A stretch of DNA of 64,000 bases from Candidatus Thorarchaeota archaeon (GTDB lineage Archaea; Asgardarchaeota; Thorarchaeia; Thorarchaeales; Thorarchaeaceae). Made by a program: the position numbers and the translations under genes. The notes under the pieces were generated by a model. The model saw only the letters and a program-made list of their open reading frames with translations, made no database searches and was not told the DNA's origin. Below are positions 30,801 through 37,699 of the stretch, piece by piece. Location of the stretch: positions 23,862-87,861 of the forward strand of contig JAOUFI010000004.1 in the NCBI GenBank assembly GCA_029858305.1. The letters run 5' to 3'. The first letter of the stretch is position 1. Each line of letters begins with the position of its first letter.

Positions 30801-33315
30801 AGTCCCAAATGCAATAAGTGGCATCATTTATGCCAATAAGTGCCACACCATGAGTCCCTCCAGAAGCTGAAGAAACTGTGTAACCTCGTTTTCCTATATC
30901 TCCATAATCAAAGGTTGTATCATTAAGAGTTAGCAATCCATCAAAAGAGGAATCATCGTAATCATAGATTGCAGAAACGATAATGCCTGTTGCGTTCGCC
31001 CCAATATTGATTCTCTGATCTGTTGGATCAGTTATGGTGATAATTAGTCTGTCTGCAATGTAGGTATCAGTAGCACTGGCTGCATGATAAAGATCAGTAC
31101 CACCTGAGCCTGCACCTTCTTCAACCACTTTAACTGTGTAGGTGTCCTCACCGATGACATCATCAGCATAACAAGTTACATCGAATACACCAGAAGTGAG
31201 ATCTGTGTCACTCCATGGACCTATATTGGTGCCATATTCAGATGTAGACACCCAGATGTCTACTGCTGTGGAAGAAGGATAAGCGTTTGTGGACGTATAA
31301 TAGATGACCGTTCCAGTTAGTGAAAATGAACTGTCAAGATTGCCTCTATCTCCAGTGCCAGAGCCATCATCTACACTAAAAGGTCCTGTATAGTCCAGAC
31401 GTGTTTCCACATCCCAAGTGATAGAAGGACTACCATATGAGTCAGCGTCATTCAAATTTTGAGTGTCGACCACATAGCATTTAGCTACTAAGTCTGAAGA
31501 ATCAGGGAAGTCCCAATCAACTGTGAAATAGAAAGTTGCATCTATATCATTACCACTTTCTATCGCAGTTGAACTTACTGCGTTTAGAGAAACAACCGTT
31601 CCAATATCATAAACCTCGGTGAAGGCGTTTGTATCCTCATCATATCTAAATCTACAATACTCTGTTGTTCCACTAGTATCCCAAAGTCCTATTTCCAGAT
31701 AGTCAATGTCACCAAATCCATTCTGGTCTGAAACATGTGATGTCACTTGATATTCTTGATATTGGGCATACATATTATCTGTATCAGAGGGATTATCGAG
31801 AGTGGGTGCTTGATCATTTACTGGTGCATAACTGACAGTCCAAGAATGAATGAGTACAGTATCTACTTCCCATGTGCTCTGGGTTGTATCCCCAGTTTCA
31901 GTACCTCCTAGAAAACGAATCTCCAAGGCACTGCTTGTGAGATAACTGCTGACACTTACATTGTTCCACTGATCAGGTGTAAGATCTGGAAGGATAGTGG
32001 ACCAGGTACCATTCCAGACATCTATCTTGATGTCCTCAGAGGGCCATCCACCTCCCGTGACGGGATAGATACAGAGCTCTTCATTTTGTTCGTCAAAATC
32101 AGCTGTGGTCCATCCAACTTCCAAATCCAATTCATAGTTGGCAGAACCTACGGTCCACACATGGAGGAGAACTCCTTCAACTTGCCAGGTATCTTGAGCT
32201 GTTGAGTCGTCACTTGTGTCTGTGAATCGAATCTCAAAGGTGGAACTAGTCAAATATGAGGTCACAGATACATTATTCCATCCTGTTGCGATGTCAGAAA
32301 TCACGTTCTGCCACACTGAGCCATCCCAAACATCAACTCTCAGTGCTTCGGTGCCTTGTGTACCACCATAAATGCAGACATATTCATTGGTTTCATCGTA
32401 ATCAGCACCTGTCCATCCGACCTCAAGGTCGAGATCGTAGTTATTAGTGCCAGCTTGATAGACGTTTAGATAAGCCGCATCTACCCAGTTATTGACTGGA
32501 GCACCGAGTCCTTTTTGCATGGTGAACCTAATACGACATGCATTTATCTCTGAAACAGAATCTAGACCTGATATTGCACCACTGTTATACCAAGCACCAG
32601 TTGGGTCTACAAAAGTGCCGCTAGCGTCTGCCGTTCCTTCACCAGTCCAATCTAACTCCCAAAAGATATCATCATCATCAGATTGTCCACAGTACACATA
32701 AAGAATGACTGTAAAGACCCCAGCCGTTCCACTTGTGGCAGCAAAATCATACCATCCAGAAACAGCACCATTTGAGGCTGTGGAGATATAACTTGTAGGA
32801 TAGTTCTGTGTATCCAAATATGGCGATATTCCTGTTTGAATCCAAGTTACAGGTGTTGGAGCTGTGTCAATATACAGGTTTTCATCAATTGTAGGAGTAC
32901 CTGTATTTGCCTCTGTAAGGGTATCGAAGGTTGAATCTATATCCTGCATCTCAGCAAAATCACTGTGAGTACCCACATCTACAGGAGCATGAAGATTAGA
33001 TTGCTGATCAACATAATCTTCGAGGTTATAGCCCGCAGAACCAGTATCGGATTCTCTCATCTGATTGTAGTTTGAACCGAAGTCTTGAAGGTCTGAGAAG
33101 ACATTGTGAGTGCCGATATCAGAAGGACTATGAAAGTCAGACAAGGTGTCAATGAAATCCTCAAAATTGTCGCCAATTCCTGAAGGCACATTTTCTGAGG
33201 AATTTGGATACAAGAGTGAACTAGTCAAGGAATCGTCATAATTAGTTGATGGAATAAATAAGCTGAATCCCATGAGAGATACAAAGAGAGATAGTAGAAG
33301 CACCTTTCTATTCAT
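21817..33315 (-). CDS. Giant (~3830 aa) type I membrane surface protein with tandem repeats
   Basis: Uninterrupted ORF. ATG 33315 follows AAGGAG and opens a signal-like MNRKVLLLSLFVSLMGF (ORF track starts at 33354). D/T/S-rich beta repeats, a TM helix plus RRRR near 22790-22860, and an acidic cytoplasmic tail. Confidence 0.92.
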   Translation of the reverse strand: MNRKVLLLSLFVSLMGFSLFIPSTNYDDSLTSSLLYPNSSENVPSGIGDNFEDFIDTLSDFHSPSDIGTHNVFSDLQDFGSNYNQMRESDTGSAGYNLEDYVDQQSNLHAPVDVGTHSDFAEMQDIDSTFDTLTEANTGTPTIDENLYIDTAPTPVTWIQTGISPYLDTQNYPTSYISTASNGAVSGWYDFAATSGTAGVFTVILYVYCGQSDDDDIFWELDWTGEGTADASGTFVDPTGAWYNSGAISGLDSVSEINACRIRFTMQKGLGAPVNNWVDAAYLNVYQAGTNNYDLDLEVGWTGADYDETNEYVCIYGGTQGTEALRVDVWDGSVWQNVISDIATGWNNVSVTSYLTSSTFEIRFTDTSDDSTAQDTWQVEGVLLHVWTVGSANYELDLEVGWTTADFDEQNEELCIYPVTGGGWPSEDIKIDVWNGTWSTILPDLTPDQWNNVSVSSYLTSSALEIRFLGGTETGDTTQSTWEVDTVLIHSWTVSYAPVNDQAPTLDNPSDTDNMYAQYQEYQVTSHVSDQNGFGDIDYLEIGLWDTSGTTEYCRFRYDEDTNAFTEVYDIGTVVSLNAVSSTAIESGNDIDATFYFTVDWDFPDSSDLVAKCYVVDTQNLNDADSYGSPSITWDVETRLDYTGPFSVDDGSGTGDRGNLDSSFSLTGTVIYYTSTNAYPSSTAVDIWVSTSEYGTNIGPWSDTDLTSGVFDVTCYADDVIGEDTYTVKVVEEGAGSGGTDLYHAASATDTYIADRLIITITDPTDQRINIGANATGIIVSAIYDYDDSSFDGLLTLNDTTFDYGDIGKRGYTVSSASGGTHGVALIGINDATYCIWDSVTITITGPTDNRQNLNANATGIIVSGVYDYDGTAFDGTYTLNNTDFDGDGTAVRWYYTVSSIGGGTHGITVISTNDYTYHIWDSLTIAIVGPTDNRQNLNANASGIIVSAVYDYDGAVFDGIFTLNNTDFDGDGTAVKWGYTVLSVSGDSFGITTISSNDETFMIWDSIAITFTGPTDNRQNLNANASGIIVSAVYDYDGVVFDGTFALNNTDFDGDGTAVKWGYTVLSVSGDSFGITTISSNDETFMIWDSITITFTGPTDNRQNLNANASGIVVTAVYDYDGTSFDGSFILNNTDFDGDGTAVKWGYTVLSVSGDSYGITTISSNDETFMIWDSITITIAGPTNNRQNLNANASGIVVTAVYDYDGTSFEGSFILNNTDFDGDGTAVKWGYTVLSVSGDSYGITTISSNDETFMIWDSVTITITGPTDNRQNLNANASGIIISAAYDYDGAAFDGTFTLNNTDFDGDGTAVKWGYTVLSVSGDSFGITTISSNDETFMIWDSITITIVGPTDNRQNLNANASGIIVSAVYDYDGVAFDGIFTLNNTDFDGDGTAVKWGYTVLSVSGDSYGITTISLNDETFMIWDSVTITITGPTDNRQNLNANASGIIVSAIYDYDGTVFDGTFILNNTDFDGDGTAVKWGYTVLSVFGDSFDITTISSNDETFMIWDSITITIAGPTDNRQNLNANASGIIVSAVYDYDGATFDGTFTLNNTDFDGDGTAVKWGYTVLSVSGDGFGITTISSNDETFMIWDSITITITGPTDNRQNLNANASGIIISAVYDYDGATFDGTFTLNNTDFDGDGTAVKWGYTILSVSGDGFGITTISSNDETFMIWDSVTITITGPTDNRQNLNANASGIIVTAVYDYDSTPFDGTFTLNNTDYDGDGTAVKWGYTVLSISGDSYGITTISSNDETFMIWDSITIIITGPTDNRQNLNTNASGIIVSAVYDYDGSVFDGSFTLNNTDFDGDGTAVKWGYTVLSVSGDGFGITTISSNDETFMIWDSITISIVGPTDNRQNLNVNASGIIVSAVYDYDGAEFDGTFTLNNTDFDGDGTAVKWGYTVLSVSGDSYGITTISSNDETFMIWDSITITITGPTDNRQSINANASGIIVSAIYDYDGSVFDGTFTLNNTDFDGDGTAVKWGYTVLSVSGDGFGITTISSNDETYMIWDQLVIMIGVDDSTPLNGVQANFTLAVLFDYDDTVCTSYQIAIHRNGTWWYSFTDTNKSSFVDANIDDSYTYTVFVVTSESTYGVLSFSTNSQQVVWSAAPNSAPVNDSAPNLSNPDDTDNLYARYNYYIITSSVSDADGYNDIDYIELTLYDNSRTTPVWTVRYTVSGDIFTVELGGTYITLSTSSFAVGFGNDLDVTWYIKIGWDHLDLTDVDMKQYVHDGKIGDEDFYESDWDVETRLEITGLTIDDGSGTENRGPLDGAFTVSGTLIFLGSVDNYPLANETDVWVSSSEYGTSIGPWSDLSLTSGQFSLTVYADDEVGQDTLTIKAVIEAAGSGGTDLLSSTTQSTYITDQIAVQSYAALDPRIDINDAATIDVELLYEYDSSPVINGSVTINGIAATHQGSGTWRFTDTKSSVQLFTYDTVAYSGGIHGLTQVNQNAMTQDVIWDQIVVQTTLANATRVDVGAYVEIRVTLWLAYDSSFLGSGDTVTLAGSSMNWDFSDGRFELIVSQASVGSWIYYVNSSSESNFGITSLNLSGNNVSVIWDRIQVQSYSVSDNHVNIGDSVDIDVILYYDYDDSPVTDGTITVNGISASHQGAGLWRFSDSESIVVMNTYNLVAGSGNIHGLTVVDQNTQSQNVIWDRLVIVIGVDDASSVNGHQANFTLSVTFEYNSAVCTTYQLVIDRNGTWWHSFVDGNVSQFVDTNTDVTYFYNASLVSSESTYDITAFTTTTQQVTWSVAPNEIPVNDSSPVLTNGDDTNYLYARYRFYIITTSVSDLDGYTDISYVELTLYSDDQITPYWTIRYTTATDTFSLESGSSIVIADVMSYATGAGNTLTITWYIKIGWNHDVLIDTDILQFVSDGIDSASNYYETNWNFETRLDYSTSPSLSDDRGNINTADLIGSGSVTYYGSSHSPLANETDVWIIRDGVETWSGDLSAGSFSISSIGSPATIGLNNYTFKIVVQGSGSGGTDLYYTTSLIATFITDRIEIYEAGVVDGRIDINSYCEVWWRARYEYDDFTIQSGLILDLNGSRTLVWDALGLYWRWQETSTSPSVAWFDVASASESTYGLTEWFESTSVQQVIWDALNIIITDPTDAHVNVGANATGIVVSATYAFDNTPFDGVLTLNNTNFVYTSPQIQWYTVLSATFDAFNITAILSNDITYCIWDRVLIVSVLADELYHDPGDNVRISVEIHFEYDDSPVVAGEFNIAGYSLTHVGSGIWETYVTLGSYIAITFDDLTLCNATDHGISEYNMDSNEVTVYWDRIEFYSVSSDDGRVGVGESVDIQWGARLETAGIIIPTGISVSMTGDISCIPSGGLFVASVTQSTVGSTTYSIISASLGEINNFVQSVGDITIIWDRIKAITLTATSLSQDAGLATEIRATLAYEFDDTPFTNGEVFLTGESVSMTYNSVGGYWTISITKTLAGNYAFTIGSITDSLYGVSAFDPASLSVEVEWIAVPGFTLDTMTLMLIGGGAGIVLIGVALIASRRRRGGVSIGVGEIEVSDFGIPEPTITTPAEPEIIETDVAPISDGLGPDARELLETELLAETAEEGALVEDVVAAEVVEPEAEAAAPVASSEMDVYEPEVTLQETELEPIEDSKSISIPEDSIALSEEPDVPESMQEEVLPTEEGQIEVIEAETDIATELDLQPSVSAQEPQIDEAVPSDEEYIESIEAESIDVIPEPVSEPEILPESEIVIDKSLTKKELLDRLPPEIRDALPEEDVKRMSKKEVRSLLESYTPAEEPLPEVLPDSIPAEMPDVALRLEDLSKLDKKVLLELLPDDIKSTASPRELRRLSKKEIISLLESFLEPEK
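27277..31053 (-). repeat. Intragenic tandem array: 15 units of ~252 bp (84 aa), 13 near-identical in protein
   Basis: The AVKWG-coding segment recurs every 252 bp from ~27357 to ~30381, plus two more divergent units at the N-terminal end. Confidence 0.95.
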
Positions 33316-33514
33316 ATTCTGGACTCCTTCATACTGTCGACTGTTACATTGCATTGCATGACTTCAAGTCAGATTTGTTCTGGACTGCGCAGCAAGCTCA
33401 CTATCGAGCCGTACAGGTGAGTATGCAACTTTACAATCAAATAAGAGAATCTTGGATGAATTGGATTGAAAGATTGTCAAAATAGAACCAAGTAGGTAGA
33501 TAGAGCAGTCTGGG

Positions 33515-34687
33515 TTATCTTCTTTGGAATATACCAACGACAATATTATTCCCAAATCCTCCGATATTGTGCGTAAGCCCAATATTGGGAACATCTACTT
33601 GGAGACCTTTGGGTGCTTCACTCCGCAGTTGCATGACAATATCGCGAATCTGAGCAACTCCTGTGGCTCCAGTTGGATGGCCTCGAGCCTTGATACCTCC
33701 GGTAGTATTTACTGGCATACTCCCTGAAACCTCTGTAAGTCCCTCCCTCACAGCTTTTATCGCCTCTCCTCGATTAACTAATCCAATGTCTTCCATGTTC
33801 ACTAGTTCGAGTATAGAGAATGCATCATGAACTTCGCATACATCAATGTCTTGAGGACCGACCCGGGCCATCTTGAAGGCCTTTTCTGCAGCCACGACAG
33901 TTGCATTCATAGAGGTGAGTGAAAGTCGATGCTGGACTGCGAGATAGTCAGTTCCATGGCCGATTCCGAGCACCCGTATTGCTCTATCTGCAAGACCATG
34001 CTCCTTCACAGCTCTATCGGATGCCACAACCACAGCAGATGCGCCATCACTCGTTGGGCAGCAATCGTATAATGTAAGCGGATCTGCGACTGTCCTTGCT
34101 GTGTTCACCTGTTCAATGGTAATCTCTTTTTGAAAGTGAGCAAGGGGATTCTTCGCACCATTTCGATGAGCCTTTACAGGCACTAGAGAGAGTTCATCCC
34201 GGGTCAGTCCATAATCATGCATGTACCGACGAGCAATCATAGCAGCAAGTGCTGTAGGTGTCGCACCATATCGGGACTCGTTCTCAAAGGACATCATCTT
34301 CGCAAGAATTCTTGATGCTGTCCCTCTATCAACCTCTGACATCTTCTCAACACCAATGACAAGAACAAGGTCCGCCATCCCAGCAGCCACGACTGTAAAC
34401 GCAGCCTCAAATGCACTTGAACCTGAGGAGGGGCCAGTTTCCACTCGCGTAGCTCCTGCAGGAACTAATCCAAGCACATCAACAAGTACGGTAGAGAGAT
34501 GACCTCTACTCACGAACTCATCAGGATTCTGAGTACCCACGAACAGATGGTCAAATTGGGCCCCAATTGTTGAAGAATCCTCCATCGCCTCAAATACGGC
34601 GTTCTTGGCTAGTTCAAGGATTGAATCATCAAGTATGCCAAACTTCGTCATCCCAACACCGATGATGTTGACTGGCTCCAAAGTCAA
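33515..34687 (-). CDS. Thiolase-superfamily protein (SCP-x/archaeal type) lacking canonical cysteines
   Basis: IIGVGMTKFG, GVEKM, KAHRNGAKNP, CCPTSDGA, EVHDAF, GHPTGATG, HNIGG. The nucleophile loop reads ETGPSSG. Confidence 0.9.
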   Translation of the reverse strand: MTLEPVNIIGVGMTKFGILDDSILELAKNAVFEAMEDSSTIGAQFDHLFVGTQNPDEFVSRGHLSTVLVDVLGLVPAGATRVETGPSSGSSAFEAAFTVVAAGMADLVLVIGVEKMSEVDRGTASRILAKMMSFENESRYGATPTALAAMIARRYMHDYGLTRDELSLVPVKAHRNGAKNPLAHFQKEITIEQVNTARTVADPLTLYDCCPTSDGASAVVVASDRAVKEHGLADRAIRVLGIGHGTDYLAVQHRLSLTSMNATVVAAEKAFKMARVGPQDIDVCEVHDAFSILELVNMEDIGLVNRGEAIKAVREGLTEVSGSMPVNTTGGIKARGHPTGATGVAQIRDIVMQLRSEAPKGLQVDVPNIGLTHNIGGFGNNIVVGIFQRR

Positions 34688-34693
34688 ACACCC

Positions 34694-35218
34694 TCACTCA
34701 ATGAGAACTAGAACATCTGTGGGGTTAACCATGGTTCCCACTTCGACATTCACTTCCTTCACAGTACCTTTGATATCAGTTTTCAACTCATTGAACATCT
34801 TCATTGCCTCAAGTATACAGACAGTCTGACCTGCTTTGACCGTATCACCAATCTTCACGCGTACTTCTGTGATCTTGCCAGGCATAGGAGGATAGATACC
34901 ACCAAGGACTCTCGGTCCAGTCTGAGAAGATGAAGAAGACTTCTTTGCTATTTCCTGTTTTTTAACTCGTTCCCATTCAATTTCATGCTCTTGACCATTT
35001 ATCTCCAGCACAACTGCTTTCCCCGCCCGTTTTAGTACTTTCACTGAATAATCAGAAGTTGTATCATTGACAATCCACGATCCATCTTCAGCTGGAGTTG
35101 GTTTCATGGTAAAACTCTGGTCTGCAACCTTCACGACCAGCAAGCCGCCCTCATCGAGCTTCCTTACCTCTACTTCGAACGGTTTCTCATCAAGTGTTAT
35201 CTTGTATTCTGGACTCAT
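34694..35218 (-). CDS. Biotin carboxyl carrier protein
   Basis: PMPGKI...GDTV..GQTVCILEAMKMFNE biotinylation motif. Confidence 0.93.
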   Translation of the reverse strand: MSPEYKITLDEKPFEVEVRKLDEGGLLVVKVADQSFTMKPTPAEDGSWIVNDTTSDYSVKVLKRAGKAVVLEINGQEHEIEWERVKKQEIAKKSSSSSQTGPRVLGGIYPPMPGKITEVRVKIGDTVKAGQTVCILEAMKMFNELKTDIKGTVKEVNVEVGTMVNPTDVLVLIE

Positions 35219-36804
35219 TAAAGTCCCTCCTGGTTGCGTCCCCTCATGACGTCTTTCCTACCAGCGGATCCCCAGGATGTAGTTGACTGTTCCCATTTTC
35301 CTGCTCCATACTCAATTGTTCGCGTAGCAATGAGGTCACTACGACCTGTGTCAGTCCAAACCTCGCCACGAACTGCTGCAGTTCCAATCCCACCTAAGCT
35401 CATCCCATTCATGTGGAGAATAGCAGCAGCAATTGCAACTTCCAGCTCAGCTGTCATCTGACCTGTGATTCTCTTTTGAGCCCTGCGCTTCAAGAAGTCT
35501 ATTGCATATTGTGGGAAAAGAGCATAGGAGACCTCATCACGTGGAATATGTGGAATATCCTTGAGAGCTTCTCGTGCTGCGGGGAGCTCAGGTTCAAGGA
35601 GATCGGCGGGTCGGCATTCAAGTGTCTTCTCATCTCCAATGGCTAATTTCTTGACTTTAGGATCTATCTCTGCGGGAGGGCGTCCATAATAACCACGGAT
35701 ATACTGCTTGACTTCTGTTGGAATCATACTGTATCTTTTTCCAGTCACAACATTGAGCGTCGCCTGTGTCCCAACAATTTGACTAGATGGTGTCACAAGC
35801 GGAGGATACCCAAGTTCAGCTCGGACTCGAGGTACTTCAGCTAGAACTTCATCATATTTGTCTAATGCACCTTGCTCTCGGAGTTGATTATCAAGATTCG
35901 AAAGCATCCCACCAGGAATTTGAAACTCGAGAACTTGTGGATTGACTCCTTGAAGACTACCTTCGTACTGTGTATATTTTCTCCGAATCTTACGGAAATA
36001 ATCTGCAATCTCAGAGAGTTGATTAATACTCAGACCAGTGTCCCGAGGTGTTCCCTTGAGTGCCTCAACAATGGACTCTGTGGCTGGCTGGGAGGTGGCC
36101 ATTGATAATGCAGATATTGCGCAATCTACAACATCAACTCCTGCATCTGCTGCCTTGAGATATGCCATTGCTGCCATCCCGCTCGTGTAGTGAGAGTGAA
36201 GCTGGACAGGAACATCAATCTCTTCCTTGATACCGACTACGAGGTCATATGCGGCCTTGGGTGAGATGAGCCCAGCCATGTCTTTGATACAGATTGAATC
36301 TGCACCTTTTTCGTAGAGTTCCTTGGCCATGGCTACAAACTTGTCATTTGTGTGAAAAGGACTCAACGTGTAACTAATGGCAGCTTGAACATGACTACCC
36401 TCACGCTTCACAAAGTTCATGGCTGCCTCCATATTACGAACATCATTGAGGGCATCAAAGATTCTGAAGATATCGATGCCAACCTTTACTGCTTCAACGA
36501 TGAAAGCCTCTAAGACATCATCAGGAAAGTGTCTATACCCCACTAAATTGCTACCTCTCAACAACATCTGGAATTTTGTCTTGGGCATGGCTTCCTTAAG
36601 CATCTCAACGCGTTCCCAAGGATCCTCATCCAGAAAGCGCATCATCGAGTCAAACGTGGCTCCGCCCCACATCTCAAGCGAGTGATAGCCAACTTTGTCA
36701 ATCTTCTCACAGATTGGAAGCATGTCCTCTGTGCGCATTCTAGTGGCTATAAGGGACTGATGAGCGTCTCTTAGTGTTGTGTCGGTAATCAGGAGTTTCG
36801 TCAT
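35218..36804 (-). CDS. Pyruvate/oxaloacetate carboxyltransferase (PycB/OadA/transcarboxylase 5S-like) without biotin domain
   Basis: LRDAHQSLIATRM, EMWGGATFD, QMLLRG.NLVGY, IKDMAG, HSHYTSG, PGGMLSNL, PPLVTPSSQIVG. Confidence 0.93.
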   Translation of the reverse strand: MTKLLITDTTLRDAHQSLIATRMRTEDMLPICEKIDKVGYHSLEMWGGATFDSMMRFLDEDPWERVEMLKEAMPKTKFQMLLRGSNLVGYRHFPDDVLEAFIVEAVKVGIDIFRIFDALNDVRNMEAAMNFVKREGSHVQAAISYTLSPFHTNDKFVAMAKELYEKGADSICIKDMAGLISPKAAYDLVVGIKEEIDVPVQLHSHYTSGMAAMAYLKAADAGVDVVDCAISALSMATSQPATESIVEALKGTPRDTGLSINQLSEIADYFRKIRRKYTQYEGSLQGVNPQVLEFQIPGGMLSNLDNQLREQGALDKYDEVLAEVPRVRAELGYPPLVTPSSQIVGTQATLNVVTGKRYSMIPTEVKQYIRGYYGRPPAEIDPKVKKLAIGDEKTLECRPADLLEPELPAAREALKDIPHIPRDEVSYALFPQYAIDFLKRRAQKRITGQMTAELEVAIAAAILHMNGMSLGGIGTAAVRGEVWTDTGRSDLIATRTIEYGAGKWEQSTTSWGSAGRKDVMRGRNQEGL

Positions 36805-37060
36805 CGTTAAGCGTGCTAAAGAAGATGGGATGAGTATTTAGTCGTTCTGTTGTAGAAGTTCTCTAGCAATAGCTAGAGCAGTAAGGCTCTGTGGGACCCA
36901 CTTCTAATGAATCTCCCATTTCTTTGAGTTGAAGGGACTCACATGCAAAATAAGATTGCAGACGAGTTAGATGCAAATCAATATGTGTCTTTTACACACC
37001 TCCCGTCTGGATTGTTGGCTTGATGAATCTTGGGTTCATCAAGCCAAAACGAAACTAGTT

Positions 37061-37531
37061 CTATTCTTGAGTTATGCTAGCACCAATGATACCAGGGATA
37101 AAGAGAAGGAAGAATGCTATTCCAAGATCAATTGCCATTGTTTGAATCTCAGATAACAAAGCACTGAAATCAAAGGCACCGCCTGCCATACTTAGCAAGA
37201 AGTAGCATAGGAATAAGATTATGATAACAAGTATGGAAACTGGGAGCATCTTCACACGATTCTTGGAAACTAAACCTGATACAAACCCAGCAACAACCAA
37301 TGTTATGAGAGGGAGATATAATGAGTGAAGTGCCAGTGAATATGGTTTCAGCAACAACTCGAAGATCATAGATAATTGAATCATCATATTAGGGATGATT
37401 CCACCTATGAGTACAGCTGCAAGGGTAATAACGTCCATATACAACTGGAGTGCCGCAAGTAAGACTACAATTATAATTGCCACAACTAATGCGATTATTG
37501 TTCTTTTCAATAGAGATGTCACATCCTTCAA
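37061..37531 (-). CDS. Hypothetical integral membrane protein
   Basis: 156 aa, almost entirely hydrophobic helices. Confidence 0.75.
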   Translation of the reverse strand: MKDVTSLLKRTIIALVVAIIIVVLLAALQLYMDVITLAAVLIGGIIPNMMIQLSMIFELLLKPYSLALHSLYLPLITLVVAGFVSGLVSKNRVKMLPVSILVIIILFLCYFLLSMAGGAFDFSALLSEIQTMAIDLGIAFFLLFIPGIIGASITQE

Positions 37532-37699
37532 TTTGGAACCTGTTAAGGCATCATTGAGCGCAAAGAAGAGTCTTATATTTCTTGGTTATGTAGTAATATG
37601 CCGCTTACTAACGAACAGGGCAGATATGTTTCAACTCTGTGAAACATGAGTTGACTCTCACAGATTGTGTGAGTTGATTCCCAATCTGAAAAAGAGAAT

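Noticed and set aside
27277-31053. Regular repeats as a CRISPR array or diversity-generating retroelement target
   Set aside because: Units are 252-bp in-frame coding repeats with no unique spacers. Variation is mostly synonymous, not adenine-specific, and no reverse transcriptase or cas gene is present.
21751-33514. Giant gene as a mobile element
   Set aside because: No transposase or integrase, terminal inverted repeats or target-site duplication were visible at either junction.
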